Below, in pieces: positions 8,696 to 19,180 of a stretch of 64,000 nt of DNA (position 1 is its first letter; each line of letters begins with the position of its first letter). This DNA comes from Planctomycetaceae bacterium (GTDB lineage: Bacteria > Planctomycetota > Phycisphaerae > Phycisphaerales > UBA5793). The notes below the pieces were generated by a model that was not told where the DNA came from, did not search any database, and saw only the letters and a program-made list of their open reading frames with translations. The stretch covers positions 346,373 through 410,372 of the forward strand of contig JBDZVA010000002.1 of NCBI GenBank assembly GCA_040255465.1, in the 5' to 3' direction. The translations under genes and the position numbers were made by a program.

Positions 8696-9651
8696 CTGCG
8701 TGATTCAAGCGGCTGGACCGACACCGCCCACACACCCGTCGCATTCGAACCGTGTTCGAGGTCGTTCAGTTCGCGCGGGCGATCGTCAAAAGCCACGCGA
8801 TCCTGACTGACCATCGTGTCGATGTCCCACTCCTTGAGTTGGTCAAAGACATCCGCCACGAGTTCCTCAACCTGACCCAGCGATGCCGCAGAGAGCCAGA
8901 TCTCAATCCGCGCGCTGTCGGCAGGGGGTTGCTGTTCGCGTCGGACGGCCAGCACGACAATGTGCCAGAGCGTCACGCCCAGATCGCGTCCGCTCTCATC
9001 AGGATTGCCGTCCGGATCGACGTTCAGTTCAAGTTGCCAGAGACGCTGGAGGTGGACAATGACCTCATCGAGCGTCATCAGTCCATCTTTCTCCATCACG
9101 ACGCTTCGAAACTCGTCCATGCAGTCTTCATCATCGATCCAGTGGCTGGGAACCTCGTGCAGCCCCTCTGCCTGCAACTGTTCCTGGAGTACTTCGCTCT
9201 GCTCGCTGGCGATATTGATGATGATGAACTTGTTCGCCTCGACAAAAACCTCGACGTACGGCTCTTCGCTCATCGCGCCGGCCGCCAGCGCGCAGTCGTC
9301 CAGCAGCAGCGGTTCGAACTCGATCCACGTGACCAGGAAATCCTGGCGCGGCATCGGCTCGGGGCTCATCAGCGTGTCGACCTGCCGGTACGCATCCGTC
9401 GAGATGATCTCGAGAATCGGATACACCGGGTCGGGCAGCATCTCAAACAGCTTGGCCAGCAGTGGCTTGAGGCGCTCGTGCGAGACGGCAATCTGAAACT
9501 GGTGCGTGTCCGGCAACTCGAGGTCCGATTCGAGCCTCGAAATCGTGTAGCCTTCAAAAGGACGCTGCCCGTCGCTTGGATTCCACCCAAGGGGAAACGC
9601 AAAGCCATTGATCGTGAGTCGCTTCAGTGTTGGATCGATGAGATAGTTCAA
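8689..9651 (-). CDS. Hypothetical acidic cytoplasmic protein
   Basis: A long ORF with ordinary amino-acid composition and no recognisable motif. Its 3' end converges on and overlaps the mqn-type gene by 7 nt. Confidence 0.6.
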   Translation of the reverse strand: MNYLIDPTLKRLTINGFAFPLGWNPSDGQRPFEGYTISRLESDLELPDTHQFQIAVSHERLKPLLAKLFEMLPDPVYPILEIISTDAYRQVDTLMSPEPMPRQDFLVTWIEFEPLLLDDCALAAGAMSEEPYVEVFVEANKFIIINIASEQSEVLQEQLQAEGLHEVPSHWIDDEDCMDEFRSVVMEKDGLMTLDEVIVHLQRLWQLELNVDPDGNPDESGRDLGVTLWHIVVLAVRREQQPPADSARIEIWLSAASLGQVEELVADVFDQLKEWDIDTMVSQDRVAFDDRPRELNDLEHGSNATGVWAVSVQPLESRSH

Positions 9652-9661
9652 GAACGCTCGA

Positions 9662-10627
9662 TCAACCGTTAGTCCGCGACATGATCGCGGAGAGATGTCG
9701 GGCCAGACCCTCGGACAACGCGCCGGTATCGTATCCGCCCTCCAGCACCGTTACGATCTTTCCGTCGCAGTGGATGTCCGCAATTTCGACGAGAAGGCGG
9801 GTGATGGTTTCGTAGGTCTCGGGCCGCCATCGCAGCGACGCGAGCGGATCGCGCTCATCCGCGTCGAATCCAGCGGAAATCAGCAGCGCCTGGGGCTGGT
9901 ACCGATCCAGCGCCGGCCTCGCGATCTGCTCGTACGCCTCGATCGCCTCAGCGTGTCCGCTCCCGGGCCGCAGGGGGATATTGATCGTAAACCCTTCCCC
10001 CGGCGTGCCCCGCGCGCCGCACTCCCACTCGTAACCCGTGCCTGGATACAGCGTTGCCGGATGCTGGTGGCTCGAAACGTAAAGCAAGTCGCTGCGCGCT
10101 TCGAAGAGATGCTGCGTGCCGTTGCCATGATGCACGTCGAAATCCACGATGGCGATGCGCGACAGGCCGTGGAATCGAATCAGTCGCTCTGCGGCCAGTG
10201 CGATGTTGTTGAAAAAACAGAACCCCATTGCTCGATCCGCCTCGGCGTGATGGCCCGGTGGCCGCATGGCTGAGAATGCAACGCCATCCGGTCCGCGCAT
10301 CACCGCATCTGCCGCCGCCAGAGCGCACCCCGCAGAGGCCGCGGCTGCGGCAAATGAATCGCGACAGATCGCGCAGTCCACGACGTCGACGTACGCGCGG
10401 CCCGTAGCGCACGCCTGCCGAAACCGCTCGATGTAGCGTCGATCGTGAAGATGCTGCGCAAAGGCAATAATCTCCTCGCGCTCCGCCCACGCGGTGCCGG
10501 CAAGCGTCCGCGGCGTCAATTCGAGTTCGACCATCGCCCGCGCGACAGCATCAAGGCGCGATGCTCTCTCGGGGTGCTGGAGTCCCGTGTCATGACGCGC
10601 CGCGATCGCTTCCTGGAAAACCTGCAT
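9662..10627 (-). CDS. Histone deacetylase-family (acetoin utilisation/acetylpolyamine amidohydrolase-like) deacetylase
   Basis: RPPGHHAE, FCFFNNIA and DFDVHHGNGTQ are the metal and catalytic motifs of the HDAC/arginase fold. The start was chosen at MQVFQEAIAARHDTGLQHPERASRL because family members begin just before the H-x-tG-x-HPE motif. The listed ORF extends to 10846 but that extension is Ser/Arg-rich. Confidence 0.85.
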   Translation of the reverse strand: MQVFQEAIAARHDTGLQHPERASRLDAVARAMVELELTPRTLAGTAWAEREEIIAFAQHLHDRRYIERFRQACATGRAYVDVVDCAICRDSFAAAAASAGCALAAADAVMRGPDGVAFSAMRPPGHHAEADRAMGFCFFNNIALAAERLIRFHGLSRIAIVDFDVHHGNGTQHLFEARSDLLYVSSHQHPATLYPGTGYEWECGARGTPGEGFTINIPLRPGSGHAEAIEAYEQIARPALDRYQPQALLISAGFDADERDPLASLRWRPETYETITRLLVEIADIHCDGKIVTVLEGGYDTGALSEGLARHLSAIMSRTNG

Positions 10628-10685
10628 CAGACGCTCACAATGCGGCCCCGCGGCCGGGCGGTGGATCTGCGGTATCGTTGTCACC

Positions 10686-11348
10686 ATGGATGAAGAAGTC
10701 GTGCCGATAGACTGGTCGCTGGCGGAGATTGCCGATGCGCTCGCGATGGGCCTGGCGCAACAGTCGGAGGCCGACCGCCGGGCCCAGGCCGTTCGGGGCC
10801 TCGACAGCCTGAGCGAACTCCGGATGCACGCGGTTATGGAGTCCATCCTCCAATCCGCCGGCTTTGGGGTCCACCGCGAGCAACGCTACCCCGTCGCCCG
10901 GGGCCGACGCCGCCGATCCGAAGGCGAGCGCTGCGACTTCGTGCTGACCCCGCCCGGCCGCCCGCTGGCCGAGGAGGAAGCGGCGACCACGCTGTTTGCG
11001 CCGCCTCAATCCATCGAACCGGCTCAAGCGATGTGGCTGGAAGTCAAGGTCGTCGCCCAATTCACCGAGGAAGGGGCGAATGTCGCCTACGCCTCCGCCC
11101 TCCAGCACCCCGTTCGTCGAGACGTCGCCAAACTGGCCCGCGAAGAACAGATCCGCCATGCAGCCGTCCTGCTGGTGCTCTTCACGGCCGACCAGCGCAC
11201 GGCTATCCATGATCTGGGCGTCTGGCAGACGCGATGCGCCGAACGCAGCCTGCCGGTTCAAGCCCCGTACTTGCGACACGTCGACATCGTGGACCGGCTG
11301 GGAAACGGGTGTTGCACCATCGCATTGTTTCGCATCAAGGGCTGGTAG
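10686..11348 (+). CDS. Hypothetical protein with PD-(D/E)XK nuclease-like motif
   Basis: ERCDFVL ... MWLEVKVV fits a D...(D/E)xK core after a helix carrying Glu (HAVMESILQ). No other recognisable domain. An alternative start is at 10746. Confidence 0.45.
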   Translation: MDEEVVPIDWSLAEIADALAMGLAQQSEADRRAQAVRGLDSLSELRMHAVMESILQSAGFGVHREQRYPVARGRRRRSEGERCDFVLTPPGRPLAEEEAATTLFAPPQSIEPAQAMWLEVKVVAQFTEEGANVAYASALQHPVRRDVAKLAREEQIRHAAVLLVLFTADQRTAIHDLGVWQTRCAERSLPVQAPYLRHVDIVDRLGNGCCTIALFRIKGW

Positions 11349-11448
11349 TGATCGCCGGCAAGTCGCGCCCGCCCCATTCCCGATATGATCTGATTCAGGC
11401 CGCCATCGCGTCGGCGTACGACCGGGATGGCCATCGAGGTTTATTGGC

Positions 11449-12582
11449 ATGAAAGCGGAGTCGATCGTGAAGACATGGAAGAATCGAGTGTGCCCGGTGG
11501 TGGTCCTGCTCTGCCTGGCCTTGTGCGCCCCCGTCGCGCGTGCCCAGGAGCGATCCGCTGATGAGATCCTCGCCGAACTCAACAGCCTGAGCATGCCGCC
11601 CTACGACGTCAACCGGGACACGCCCAACACCGACTACCGCGAGCAGTTCCTCAAGAAACGCCACGAGATCACGAACCACCGCGCCGATCTCATTGGCGAA
11701 CTGTACCGCACTCATCCCGATCACCCGAGCGTTGCCGACTTCCTGCCCGAGCGCTGGGAGACGATGTTCAACCTCCGAGAAGATTACGAAGGCGTCCTCA
11801 ACGAAACGCAGGATCTCCTCAAGGCCCGGCCGGACCATCCCATCGCCCGCTACATCTGGCAGTGGCGCGCCATGAGCGCGATGATGTATTACACACGCGG
11901 CGACTCCTATGACCCGCAGAAGATGCTCGCCGCGATCGAGGATTTCATCAAGCGCTACCACGACGATCCGCAGGGATCGATGATGCTCTACGAAGCGGCC
12001 TCCTTCCATCTGCGCGACGCGGAGAAATCCGTCGCCATCCTGCGCCGCATCGTCGCCGACTGGCCCAAGTCCGGAGCCGCACGCGAGGCGCGCTGGAAAC
12101 TCCGCCAGGCGGATGGCATCGGCAAACCATTCGAACTCGATTTCACCGATGCCATCAACGGCAGCGAGGTTTCAATCAAGACGCTGCGCGGCAAGATTGT
12201 GGTCATCGATTTCTGGGCCACCTGGTGCCCGCCGTGCGTTGAAGAGATGCCCCGACTCAAAGACCTCTACGCCAAATGGAAATCGCAGGGCGTCGAGTTC
12301 ATCGGCGTCAGCCTCGATGCACCCGAGGCTGATCGCGGTCTTGAGCAACTCAAGGCTTTTGTCCGTGAGCACGACATCACCTGGCCCCAGTACTACCAGG
12401 GCCAGGGATGGCAGAGCGAATTCTCATCCGGCTGGGGTGTCGACAGCCTTCCCTGTGTCTTCGTGGTCGACCACGAGGGCAATCTGGCCGCCTGCAAAGT
12501 CGGCGACAAACTTGAAGAAACCGTCGAGGCTCTCATCGCCAAGCGGGATGCAAAGGCCGCAGCAGTCGACGCCGGAGGTTGA
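11449..12582 (+). CDS. Secreted TlpA/ResA-like thiol:disulfide oxidoreductase with N-terminal helical domain
   Basis: Signal peptide (VVVLLCLALCAPVARAQ). The thioredoxin active site is in the TlpA context VVIDFWATWCPPCVEEMP, followed by GVEFIGVSLD and SLPCVFVVD. Confidence 0.85.
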   Translation: MKAESIVKTWKNRVCPVVVLLCLALCAPVARAQERSADEILAELNSLSMPPYDVNRDTPNTDYREQFLKKRHEITNHRADLIGELYRTHPDHPSVADFLPERWETMFNLREDYEGVLNETQDLLKARPDHPIARYIWQWRAMSAMMYYTRGDSYDPQKMLAAIEDFIKRYHDDPQGSMMLYEAASFHLRDAEKSVAILRRIVADWPKSGAAREARWKLRQADGIGKPFELDFTDAINGSEVSIKTLRGKIVVIDFWATWCPPCVEEMPRLKDLYAKWKSQGVEFIGVSLDAPEADRGLEQLKAFVREHDITWPQYYQGQGWQSEFSSGWGVDSLPCVFVVDHEGNLAACKVGDKLEETVEALIAKRDAKAAAVDAGG

Positions 12583-12589
12583 GCCGCCC

Positions 12590-12622
12590 GTAGGCCGGGT
12601 CAAGGCTTGGCACAGACCCGGC
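12590..12622 (+). repeat. REP family 2 hairpin
   Basis: GTAGGCCGGGTCAAGGCTTGGCACAGACCCGGC, with a perfect 8-bp stem GCCGGGTC/GACCCGGC. It starts 8 nt after the TlpA-like stop, between convergent genes. Confidence 0.65.
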
Positions 12623-12671
12623 GTTTGAGCGATCGAGATTTCCACGTCGCGGCCCGTACGCAACAATCTCC

Positions 12672-13817
12672 CTACGCACCAGCCATCACGCGCTCGATAA
12701 CATCCACCGCTTCCCGATCGGGATGATGTCCCTCGAACATCGAACGGATCTCCACAAACGCATCGCGCTGCGCGTCCTGCGCTGCCGCATCCGTCAGCAC
12801 CTGCGTCAGCGCCTCGGCGATCGGCTCATCCGATCCAAAGTGGGGGATGAACTCCGGCACGACCCGTCGCCCCGCGACGATGTTGGGCAGCGCCCGCAGC
12901 GGTGATTGCACCAGCCAACGGCCAATGAGCAGCCACGGCAGCAGTGCGGTGCGGAACATCGCCACGAGCGGAACGCCGTGCCGCACCACGTTGAGCGTTG
13001 CCGTGCCCGAGCACACCAGCGCCGCATCCGCCCACTCCAGCGTCTCATGCAGTCGATCGACTTCAATCGTGATGAAGCGCGGCAGCGCGGCGATCACCTC
13101 GCGCGCCAGCCCCGCCGCCTTGGCATCGGCGCTGATGATCCGCACCGCCATGTCGGGATACTGCGACCGGCGGATCCCATCCACGATCGCGATCATCGAC
13201 GGCAGGTTCCGCCGAATCTCCGACGGCCGCGAACCGGGAAGCAGCGCGATCCGCGGCAGTCCTTGGTCATCTTCTTCCTCCTGTTCTTCTTCGCCCTCAG
13301 CCGGTTCCACAGGCGCCGGCAGCGGTTCATTCATCACCGGGTGCCCGATGAACGTCGCCGGCACGCCGCGCGATGAAAAGTATTCCTCTTCAAAGGGCAG
13401 CAGGCCCAGCACATGGTCCGTCAGTCGTTTCAGTTTGTTGATCCGCCATGGACCCCACGCCCAGATCTGCGGCCCCACGAGATGCACAATTCGGCACCCC
13501 GCCCGGCGCGTGATCTTGCAGATCGGAAAATTCGCCGCCGGCGAATCCACGGGAATGTGCAGGCTCACCGGATGACTGTCCAGCCATCGGCTCATCCGTC
13601 CATTCAGCCGCCAGTGCTCGACGATCTTCCCCAGCGAGCCAGCTCCCATCACCGCATCGGCTCCGGTGGACTCAACAATCGTCGCGCCGGCCGCCCGCAT
13701 CTTCGGCCCGCCCCAGGCATACACCTCAACCTCCGGCCGCCGCCGACGCAACTCCGCGATCACCGGCGCCGCATGCGCATCGCCGCTGGGCTCGAAGGCC
13801 GTAAACAAAACGCGCAT
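12672..13817 (-). CDS. lpxB: Lipid-A-disaccharide synthase
   Basis: The N-terminus MRVLFTAFEPSGDAHAAPVI is the LpxB (A)GExSGD motif. Collinear family features run through GTATLE-like CSGTATLNV. It contains an acidic insertion (EGEEEQEEEDDQ). Alternative starts are at 13847 and 13889. Confidence 0.85.
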   Translation of the reverse strand: MRVLFTAFEPSGDAHAAPVIAELRRRRPEVEVYAWGGPKMRAAGATIVESTGADAVMGAGSLGKIVEHWRLNGRMSRWLDSHPVSLHIPVDSPAANFPICKITRRAGCRIVHLVGPQIWAWGPWRINKLKRLTDHVLGLLPFEEEYFSSRGVPATFIGHPVMNEPLPAPVEPAEGEEEQEEEDDQGLPRIALLPGSRPSEIRRNLPSMIAIVDGIRRSQYPDMAVRIISADAKAAGLAREVIAALPRFITIEVDRLHETLEWADAALVCSGTATLNVVRHGVPLVAMFRTALLPWLLIGRWLVQSPLRALPNIVAGRRVVPEFIPHFGSDEPIAEALTQVLTDAAAQDAQRDAFVEIRSMFEGHHPDREAVDVIERVMAGA

Positions 13818-13894
13818 AGGGTGAGCAGGGGAGGCAGGCACGGCCATATCGCAGCCGGTCCAATGCTCGAAGTCAACTCCAAGCGCCAATTGGC

Positions 13895-15034
13895 GTGCTC
13901 AATGGTGTAGCATTCAGGTGCATGCGACCTTCACTTCTCATCGCCAATGGCATCATTTTGGCCGCGGCTCTGCTCTGGCTGCTCATCCTCGCCATCTCGG
14001 TCATGCAACCCTACCGGGCCGCGCCAGTCGTCGCCGCCGAAGCACGCGTCGATACGCCCGCCACGACCTCCGAACTTCGTCGAGGCTGGTACGGCTGTGT
14101 GCTGCGTCTCGATGGCTCTCACGAAGTGAGCCAGTTCGATCAGGCCATTGACGAGATCGCCGCCATGCACGCCAACAGCGTGCTTCTCGAAGTGCCGCTG
14201 CTCCAGGACAACCCCGAATCCACCGAACTTTCCCTCGAAGGTCTCGAATGCCCGCTGCTGACCGATCTTGTCTCCGTCATCCATCATGCGCAAGAACGCG
14301 GCCTGGGCGTCGTGCTCGTGCCCACGATCGTCTTCCACGAGGTCAAAGCGAGCCAGTCACGCTCGCGATTCGCCCCTGCCGATTGGGACCGATGGTGGGT
14401 CAGTTACGAGAGCGCGATACTCAAACTCGCCGAACTCGCGCAATCGAGCGGCGTCGAAGTCTTCGCCGTCGGCAGTGAGCTGAGCGAATCCGAGATCATG
14501 ACCACCCAGTGGATGAGACTCGTCTCGCAGGTGCGCAGCCGTTTCGGCGGACTCGTGATGTACAACGCCCAGTGGGAGCGCGCCACCCGCGTTGGCTTCT
14601 GGGAACACGTCGACATCATCGGCGTCAGCGCCTGGTTCCCGCTGATCAGAGGCGAAGACCAGTCGCTCGAATCGCTCGAAGGCATCTGGAAACAGGCGCT
14701 CGAAGAAGTCGACCTGCTCGCCACCAGGTCCGATCGCCCGGTTCTTTTCACCGCCGTCGGCTATCCAAGTCGCGCCAAGGGTCTCGCCGAACCCTGGGAC
14801 GCCGGCCAACCCATTTCAGAAACCGCGGATGAAAGGGTGCAGGCCGACGCCCTCAGCGCCTTCCTGCGCCGCTTCGAAGCCGTCGATCCCCGCTACCCAC
14901 GTCACGCCGGCTTCTTCGTCTACCGCTGGGGCGCCGGCAACGACGACTCCGATCCCACCTCGCACATCATTGAAGGCAAGCAGGCCGAAGCAATCGTGCG
15001 CGATGCGCTGGGCCGCCTGACACAACGAAAATGA
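13895..15034 (+). CDS. Membrane-anchored putative TIM-barrel glycoside hydrolase-like protein
   Basis: N-terminal TM helix (LLIANGIILAAALLWLLILAI). A beta-strand/acid pattern (VEVFAVGSELSE, IIGVSAWFP) is reminiscent of clan GH-A hydrolases. The family assignment is uncertain. Confidence 0.5.
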   Translation: MLNGVAFRCMRPSLLIANGIILAAALLWLLILAISVMQPYRAAPVVAAEARVDTPATTSELRRGWYGCVLRLDGSHEVSQFDQAIDEIAAMHANSVLLEVPLLQDNPESTELSLEGLECPLLTDLVSVIHHAQERGLGVVLVPTIVFHEVKASQSRSRFAPADWDRWWVSYESAILKLAELAQSSGVEVFAVGSELSESEIMTTQWMRLVSQVRSRFGGLVMYNAQWERATRVGFWEHVDIIGVSAWFPLIRGEDQSLESLEGIWKQALEEVDLLATRSDRPVLFTAVGYPSRAKGLAEPWDAGQPISETADERVQADALSAFLRRFEAVDPRYPRHAGFFVYRWGAGNDDSDPTSHIIEGKQAEAIVRDALGRLTQRK

Positions 15035-15040
15035 TCTCAA

Positions 15041-18000
15041 TCAATTCTCGACCGGCACACCCGCACGCGACACCGTCTCCACGATCGGCGCCTCCGCCTC
15101 GTCGCCCTCCGAGCCGCCGCCAACCGACACCGTCTCCTCCGCTTCCTTGAGCGCGTCCTTGGAGATGTGCCCGTCGCTGCCGACCTGGTCGAACCGCACC
15201 GCCACCCGCCGCGACACGCCGCGCTCCTGCATCGTCACGCCGTACAACTGGTCGCCCGCCTGCATCGTGCGTTTGTTGTGCGTGATGATGACAAAGTGAC
15301 TGCGATCGAGGAACGTCTGCAGCACGCCGCAGAACCGCTCGACATTGGCGTCGTCCAGTGCCGCATCCACTTCGTCCAGCAGGCAGAAGGGGCTCGGCTT
15401 GCTCTGGAAGATCGCCATCACCAGCGACACGCTCGTCATCGTCTTCTCACCGCCGCTGAGCAGCTTGATCGAGCGCGGCTCCTTGCCCGGCGGCTTGGCG
15501 ACGATCTCCACCCCCGATTCGAGCCAGTCCACCTCGCCCGTCTCTTCGTCAGGGATGAGGTGCATGTCCGCCTTGCCACCGCCGAACACGCGCCGGAACA
15601 TGCCGTTGGTCCCGGCGAAGTTCTCGCGGATCGTCTCGAACGTTTCCTTGAACCGCTCGCGACTGAGATTGCTCAGTTCCTCGATGAGTTCGATGAGTTG
15701 CTCGCGGGCCGAGTCAAGATCGCCGACCTGCCGGACCAGATCCTCATTGCGATCGACGAGTTCCTTCTCCTCTTCGATCGCATCCAGATTCACATTGCCC
15801 AGCCGCTTGATCGCTCCGCGCAGTTCGTCGATACGAGTCGCTGCCGCCTCGCGGTCGACCGCCTCCACATCGCCGCCGCTCATCAGTTCACGATACTGCG
15901 GATACTCCACGTCCATGTCGAGCATCAGATCATCCGTCGCCGACTGCTCCAGATGCTCGCGCTTCACCTCGTTCTCGCGCTTGCTGAGCTCCACGGCGTG
16001 GTAGTTCCGCTCGACAATCGACAGCCGCTGCCGCGCCGCATTGAGTCCATCGCCCAGTTCGACGACATTCGCCTGGCACTGCTCGCGCTGGGCTGAAAGT
16101 TCCTCCAGCACGCCTTCCGACTCATCGAGCGTCTTGACGCACTCTTCGGCTTCGAACACCGCTTCATCAATGACGCGTTCAAACTCGATGATCTTGCTCG
16201 TCCGCTGCTTGAGCGCTGCTTCGAGCATCGTCCGCTGCCGCTGCTGTTCCTCGACGGCAGACTCCAGTTGCCTTCGCTCGCGGTCCGACGCCGCCAGCCG
16301 TTCGCTCGCCTGGCTCGCCTCGACGCGCCGGTTTGTCAGCGATTCTGCCGCTTCCGCCGCGCCCTGTTCCGCCGCCTCCAGTTGCTCGCGCAGCGCCGCC
16401 TGTGCCTTTGCTTCCTCTTCCCGCAATCGCTGGAGCGAATCGAGATGCTCCTGCTTTTGTGCCCGGCTGGCTGTCAGTTCATCGCGCCGCGCCTGTGCCG
16501 CCTTCATCTCCTCATCAAGCCGCTGCCCATCGCGCTGCGCCCGCTGACTCTCCGCCTCGAGTCGCTCGACCTCGTGCGACGCCTTGTCGCGCGCGTTGCG
16601 CATCTCAAAGAGCCGCTGGCCCAGTTCCGCGCGCCGCTGATCCAGCGTCGCCGCCTCATCATCAATGGCCGACAGTTCCGCCCGCAGCGAGTCGATCTGC
16701 TCCGTCAGCGTTTCAACCTGCTCGGCCAGGCTGTTCATTTCCACGCGATGCACGATCAATCCCGCGCCCGTGCCCTCCGCCGAATTCGGCCCCGCGATGA
16801 TCCGACCATCGGTCTCCAGCACCGTGCCGCTCGCCGTGACAAACCGACACTCCCGCATCGGCCCGGCCGCCAGCAGCAGCGCACTGTCCAGCGCGTCCAC
16901 CACGATCGTCCGCGCAAACAATCGACTCGCCAGCCCGGACCACTCCTCCGACACCCGCACCACCGACAACAGCGGCCGCGCCCCTTCGATCAGTGGCAGT
17001 GGCACTGCGAGCGCCTCCGCCTCCCCGCCTGGAACGCGCAGCGGCAAAAACGTGATCCGCCCCGCCAGCGTTTCGAGATCCGCCTGCCCGTCGATGACTT
17101 CCGTCAGACTGTCAACCACCATCGCCTGCAGCAGCGACCCCAGCGCCGCTTCGACTGCGGCCGCATGTTCGATATCCGTCTCGATCCCGTCGGCCAGCAA
17201 TCCGCGCACGAACTGGAATCGCGAACCTTCATGCCGCTCGCGCAGCACGCCGCGCACTGCTTCGCCGAGTTCGGTCCCGCTTTCGAGCATCTCCTTGAGC
17301 GTCCGTCGCCGCGCATCGAGGCCCGCTCGCTCCTGCTCCAGCGTGCCCAGCGTCTCGCTGAGAGACCGCTGCCGCCCGCTGAGCGTCTGAGCCTGTTGTT
17401 CGTGCTGGCTCTGCTGTGCTTCAAGTCCCTCGACGCTCAGCGCCGCCGCCTCGACGCGCTGCACCGCTTCGCCCGCCTGTTCGCTCAGCGAAAGGAGCCG
17501 CGACTCGATCTCGCCGCGCCGTGCTTCGATCTGCGCCGCCTGCTGCTCGAGTTCCAAGAGACGATGATCGATCGCCTCAATCGACGCCGACTGCGACACG
17601 ACCTCGCGCTCGATCCCCGACAGCGTCCGCTGCATCTCGTTGAGACGCCGGTTCAGTTCGTTCAGTGCCGCATCGCACTCCGCCCGCTTCGCCAGCGCCG
17701 CCTCCACAGCCCGCTCGGCGTCGCTTCGCGCCTTGGCCAGATCCTCGTGCGATCGCTCGTGATCCACCACGCCGCGCCGCAACTGGTCGATCTTCGCATC
17801 CAGTTCGCCCAGCCGGCGCTGCTCGGCTCCGATCTCCGCCTGCGCCTCATCACGGTTGCGGATCGTCATCGCCCGCCGCTGCTCGGCCTGGTCGCGCCTC
17901 GCCTGCAACTGCAATCGATCCTGCTCCACCTCCGTGCACCGCGTTTGCAGCCGGTCCCGCTCAATGTTCGCATCCTGCCGCGCTTCTTCGAGTTCGTGGA

Positions 18001-18805
18001 CGCGGTCCATCACCTTCGTGCGGTCCGCCTCGAGATGGCTCAGCTCCGACGTCAGCCCATCAATCGTCTCGTGCAGCTCGTGGTACAAGTCGAGCATGTG
18101 TGCCGCGCGCAGTGCCCGGAACTCATCGTCGAGTCCCTTGAACGTCCGCGCCTTGGCCGCCTGACCCTTGACGATCCGCAGCCGCCGTTCGGCGTTATCC
18201 AGTTGCTCGCGACACCGCGTCAGGTTGATTTCCGTTCGTTCCAGTCGGCGCATCGCCTCGATGCGCCGCACCTTGAACTTCGCCACCCCCGCAGCTTCCT
18301 CGAAGATCGCCCGCCGCTCGATGGGGTTGCTCGTGAGCATGGCATCGACCTTGCCCTGCTCGATGATCGAATACGCATCCGCCCCGATCCCCGTATCCAG
18401 GAACAGGTCGCGCACATCCTTGAGCCGCGCCTTGGCGTTGTTGATCAGATACTCGCTCGTCCCGTCGCGATACAGCCGCCGGCCGACATCGACCAGCTCG
18501 CTGTCCACCGGCAGCTCGCGCTTGCCCGTCGCCGCCTCGATCAGCGGGTTCTCAAACGTCAGCACGACCTCGGCCATGTTCATCGAAGGCCGGCTCGTCG
18601 TCCCTGCGAATATGACATCCATCATCTGCTCGCCGCGCAGACTCTTGGCCGACCGCTCGCCCAGAACCCACTTGATGGCGTCCACCACATTGCTCTTGCC
18701 GCACCCGTTGGGCCCGACAATACAGGTGATGGGATCGTCGAAGCGAAATTCGGTCGCGTCGGCGAAAGACTTGAAACCGTGCAGTTTGAGTCGGGCCAGT
18801 CGCAT
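15041..18805 (-). CDS. smc: Chromosome partition protein Smc
   Basis: N-terminal Walker A in the SMC context ([11 protein letters not shown]...[22 protein letters not shown]), long Ala/Glu/Arg/Gln-rich coiled coils, a central hinge, a C-terminal signature LSGGEK and Walker [13 protein letters not shown]. 1254 aa. Confidence 0.95.
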   Translation of the reverse strand: MRLARLKLHGFKSFADATEFRFDDPITCIVGPNGCGKSNVVDAIKWVLGERSAKSLRGEQMMDVIFAGTTSRPSMNMAEVVLTFENPLIEAATGKRELPVDSELVDVGRRLYRDGTSEYLINNAKARLKDVRDLFLDTGIGADAYSIIEQGKVDAMLTSNPIERRAIFEEAAGVAKFKVRRIEAMRRLERTEINLTRCREQLDNAERRLRIVKGQAAKARTFKGLDDEFRALRAAHMLDLYHELHETIDGLTSELSHLEADRTKVMDRVHELEEARQDANIERDRLQTRCTEVEQDRLQLQARRDQAEQRRAMTIRNRDEAQAEIGAEQRRLGELDAKIDQLRRGVVDHERSHEDLAKARSDAERAVEAALAKRAECDAALNELNRRLNEMQRTLSGIEREVVSQSASIEAIDHRLLELEQQAAQIEARRGEIESRLLSLSEQAGEAVQRVEAAALSVEGLEAQQSQHEQQAQTLSGRQRSLSETLGTLEQERAGLDARRRTLKEMLESGTELGEAVRGVLRERHEGSRFQFVRGLLADGIETDIEHAAAVEAALGSLLQAMVVDSLTEVIDGQADLETLAGRITFLPLRVPGGEAEALAVPLPLIEGARPLLSVVRVSEEWSGLASRLFARTIVVDALDSALLLAAGPMRECRFVTASGTVLETDGRIIAGPNSAEGTGAGLIVHRVEMNSLAEQVETLTEQIDSLRAELSAIDDEAATLDQRRAELGQRLFEMRNARDKASHEVERLEAESQRAQRDGQRLDEEMKAAQARRDELTASRAQKQEHLDSLQRLREEEAKAQAALREQLEAAEQGAAEAAESLTNRRVEASQASERLAASDRERRQLESAVEEQQRQRTMLEAALKQRTSKIIEFERVIDEAVFEAEECVKTLDESEGVLEELSAQREQCQANVVELGDGLNAARQRLSIVERNYHAVELSKRENEVKREHLEQSATDDLMLDMDVEYPQYRELMSGGDVEAVDREAAATRIDELRGAIKRLGNVNLDAIEEEKELVDRNEDLVRQVGDLDSAREQLIELIEELSNLSRERFKETFETIRENFAGTNGMFRRVFGGGKADMHLIPDEETGEVDWLESGVEIVAKPPGKEPRSIKLLSGGEKTMTSVSLVMAIFQSKPSPFCLLDEVDAALDDANVERFCGVLQTFLDRSHFVIITHNKRTMQAGDQLYGVTMQERGVSRRVAVRFDQVGSDGHISKDALKEAEETVSVGGGSEGDEAEAPIVETVSRAGVPVEN

Positions 18806-19057
18806 GATTCGGGCAAGACCTCCATGTCCAACCGTCGGCCGTTCAAGGACTTACGGAATGGGACGCCTGCGGCAACTCCACCGCCAGCCCACCCCGCGGC
18901 GGGATGTTGAGCCACACAGCATATGGTATCGGCCCATGGGCGTTCCACAACGCAAAAAGCGTCTTTCCTCCCTGCTCCGGCTCTGCCTTCCATAGATCGA
19001 GCTCGAATGGCGCTGGGCCCCAGGGGGTCAGGGCAATCGCAAACCCGACGCCCGACC

Positions 19058-19081
19058 GTAGGGTCCGCCGTGCGGACCACG
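19058..19081 (+). repeat. REP family 1 hairpin (GTAGG-GTCCGC-CGT-GCGGAC-CACG)
   Basis: GTAGGGTCCGCCGTGCGGACCACG, with stem GGTCCGC/GCGGACC. Identical 24-mers lie at 19558 (same orientation) and 20301 (inverted). Confidence 0.75.
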
Positions 19082-19180
19082 CGCGTGCAAACGCTCAAGC
19101 CGTGCCATGAAGCGTCCGTGACCAAGGCCGCTTCGATGCCCCGCGACAACTCGATACAATGTTGCAATCTTGGAGGAACC

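Noticed and set aside
10628-10846. A long N-terminal extension of the deacetylase ORF. It would make its start codon overlap the divergent gene start (CCATGG at 10685-10688).
   Set aside because: The extension is Ser/Arg/Ala-rich. Family members begin a few residues before the H-x-tG-x-HPE motif, which fits the ATG at 10627, so the apparent overlapping divergent starts are probably an ORF-calling artefact.
16268-18910. Very long antisense ORFs opposite recognised genes. Examples: 880 aa opposite smc; 4368..5975 opposite the nucleotidase; 7088..8371 opposite the mqn-type gene; 27378..29024 opposite the mutase; 43484..45151 opposite the ABC binding protein; 53961..55808 opposite the DUF4139 gene; 61918..62928 opposite eboD.
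   Set aside because: The translations are Arg/Pro/Gly/Ala/His-rich with no motifs. Each lies exactly opposite a gene with strong family signatures. This is the usual stop-codon-poor shadow frame of high-G+C DNA.
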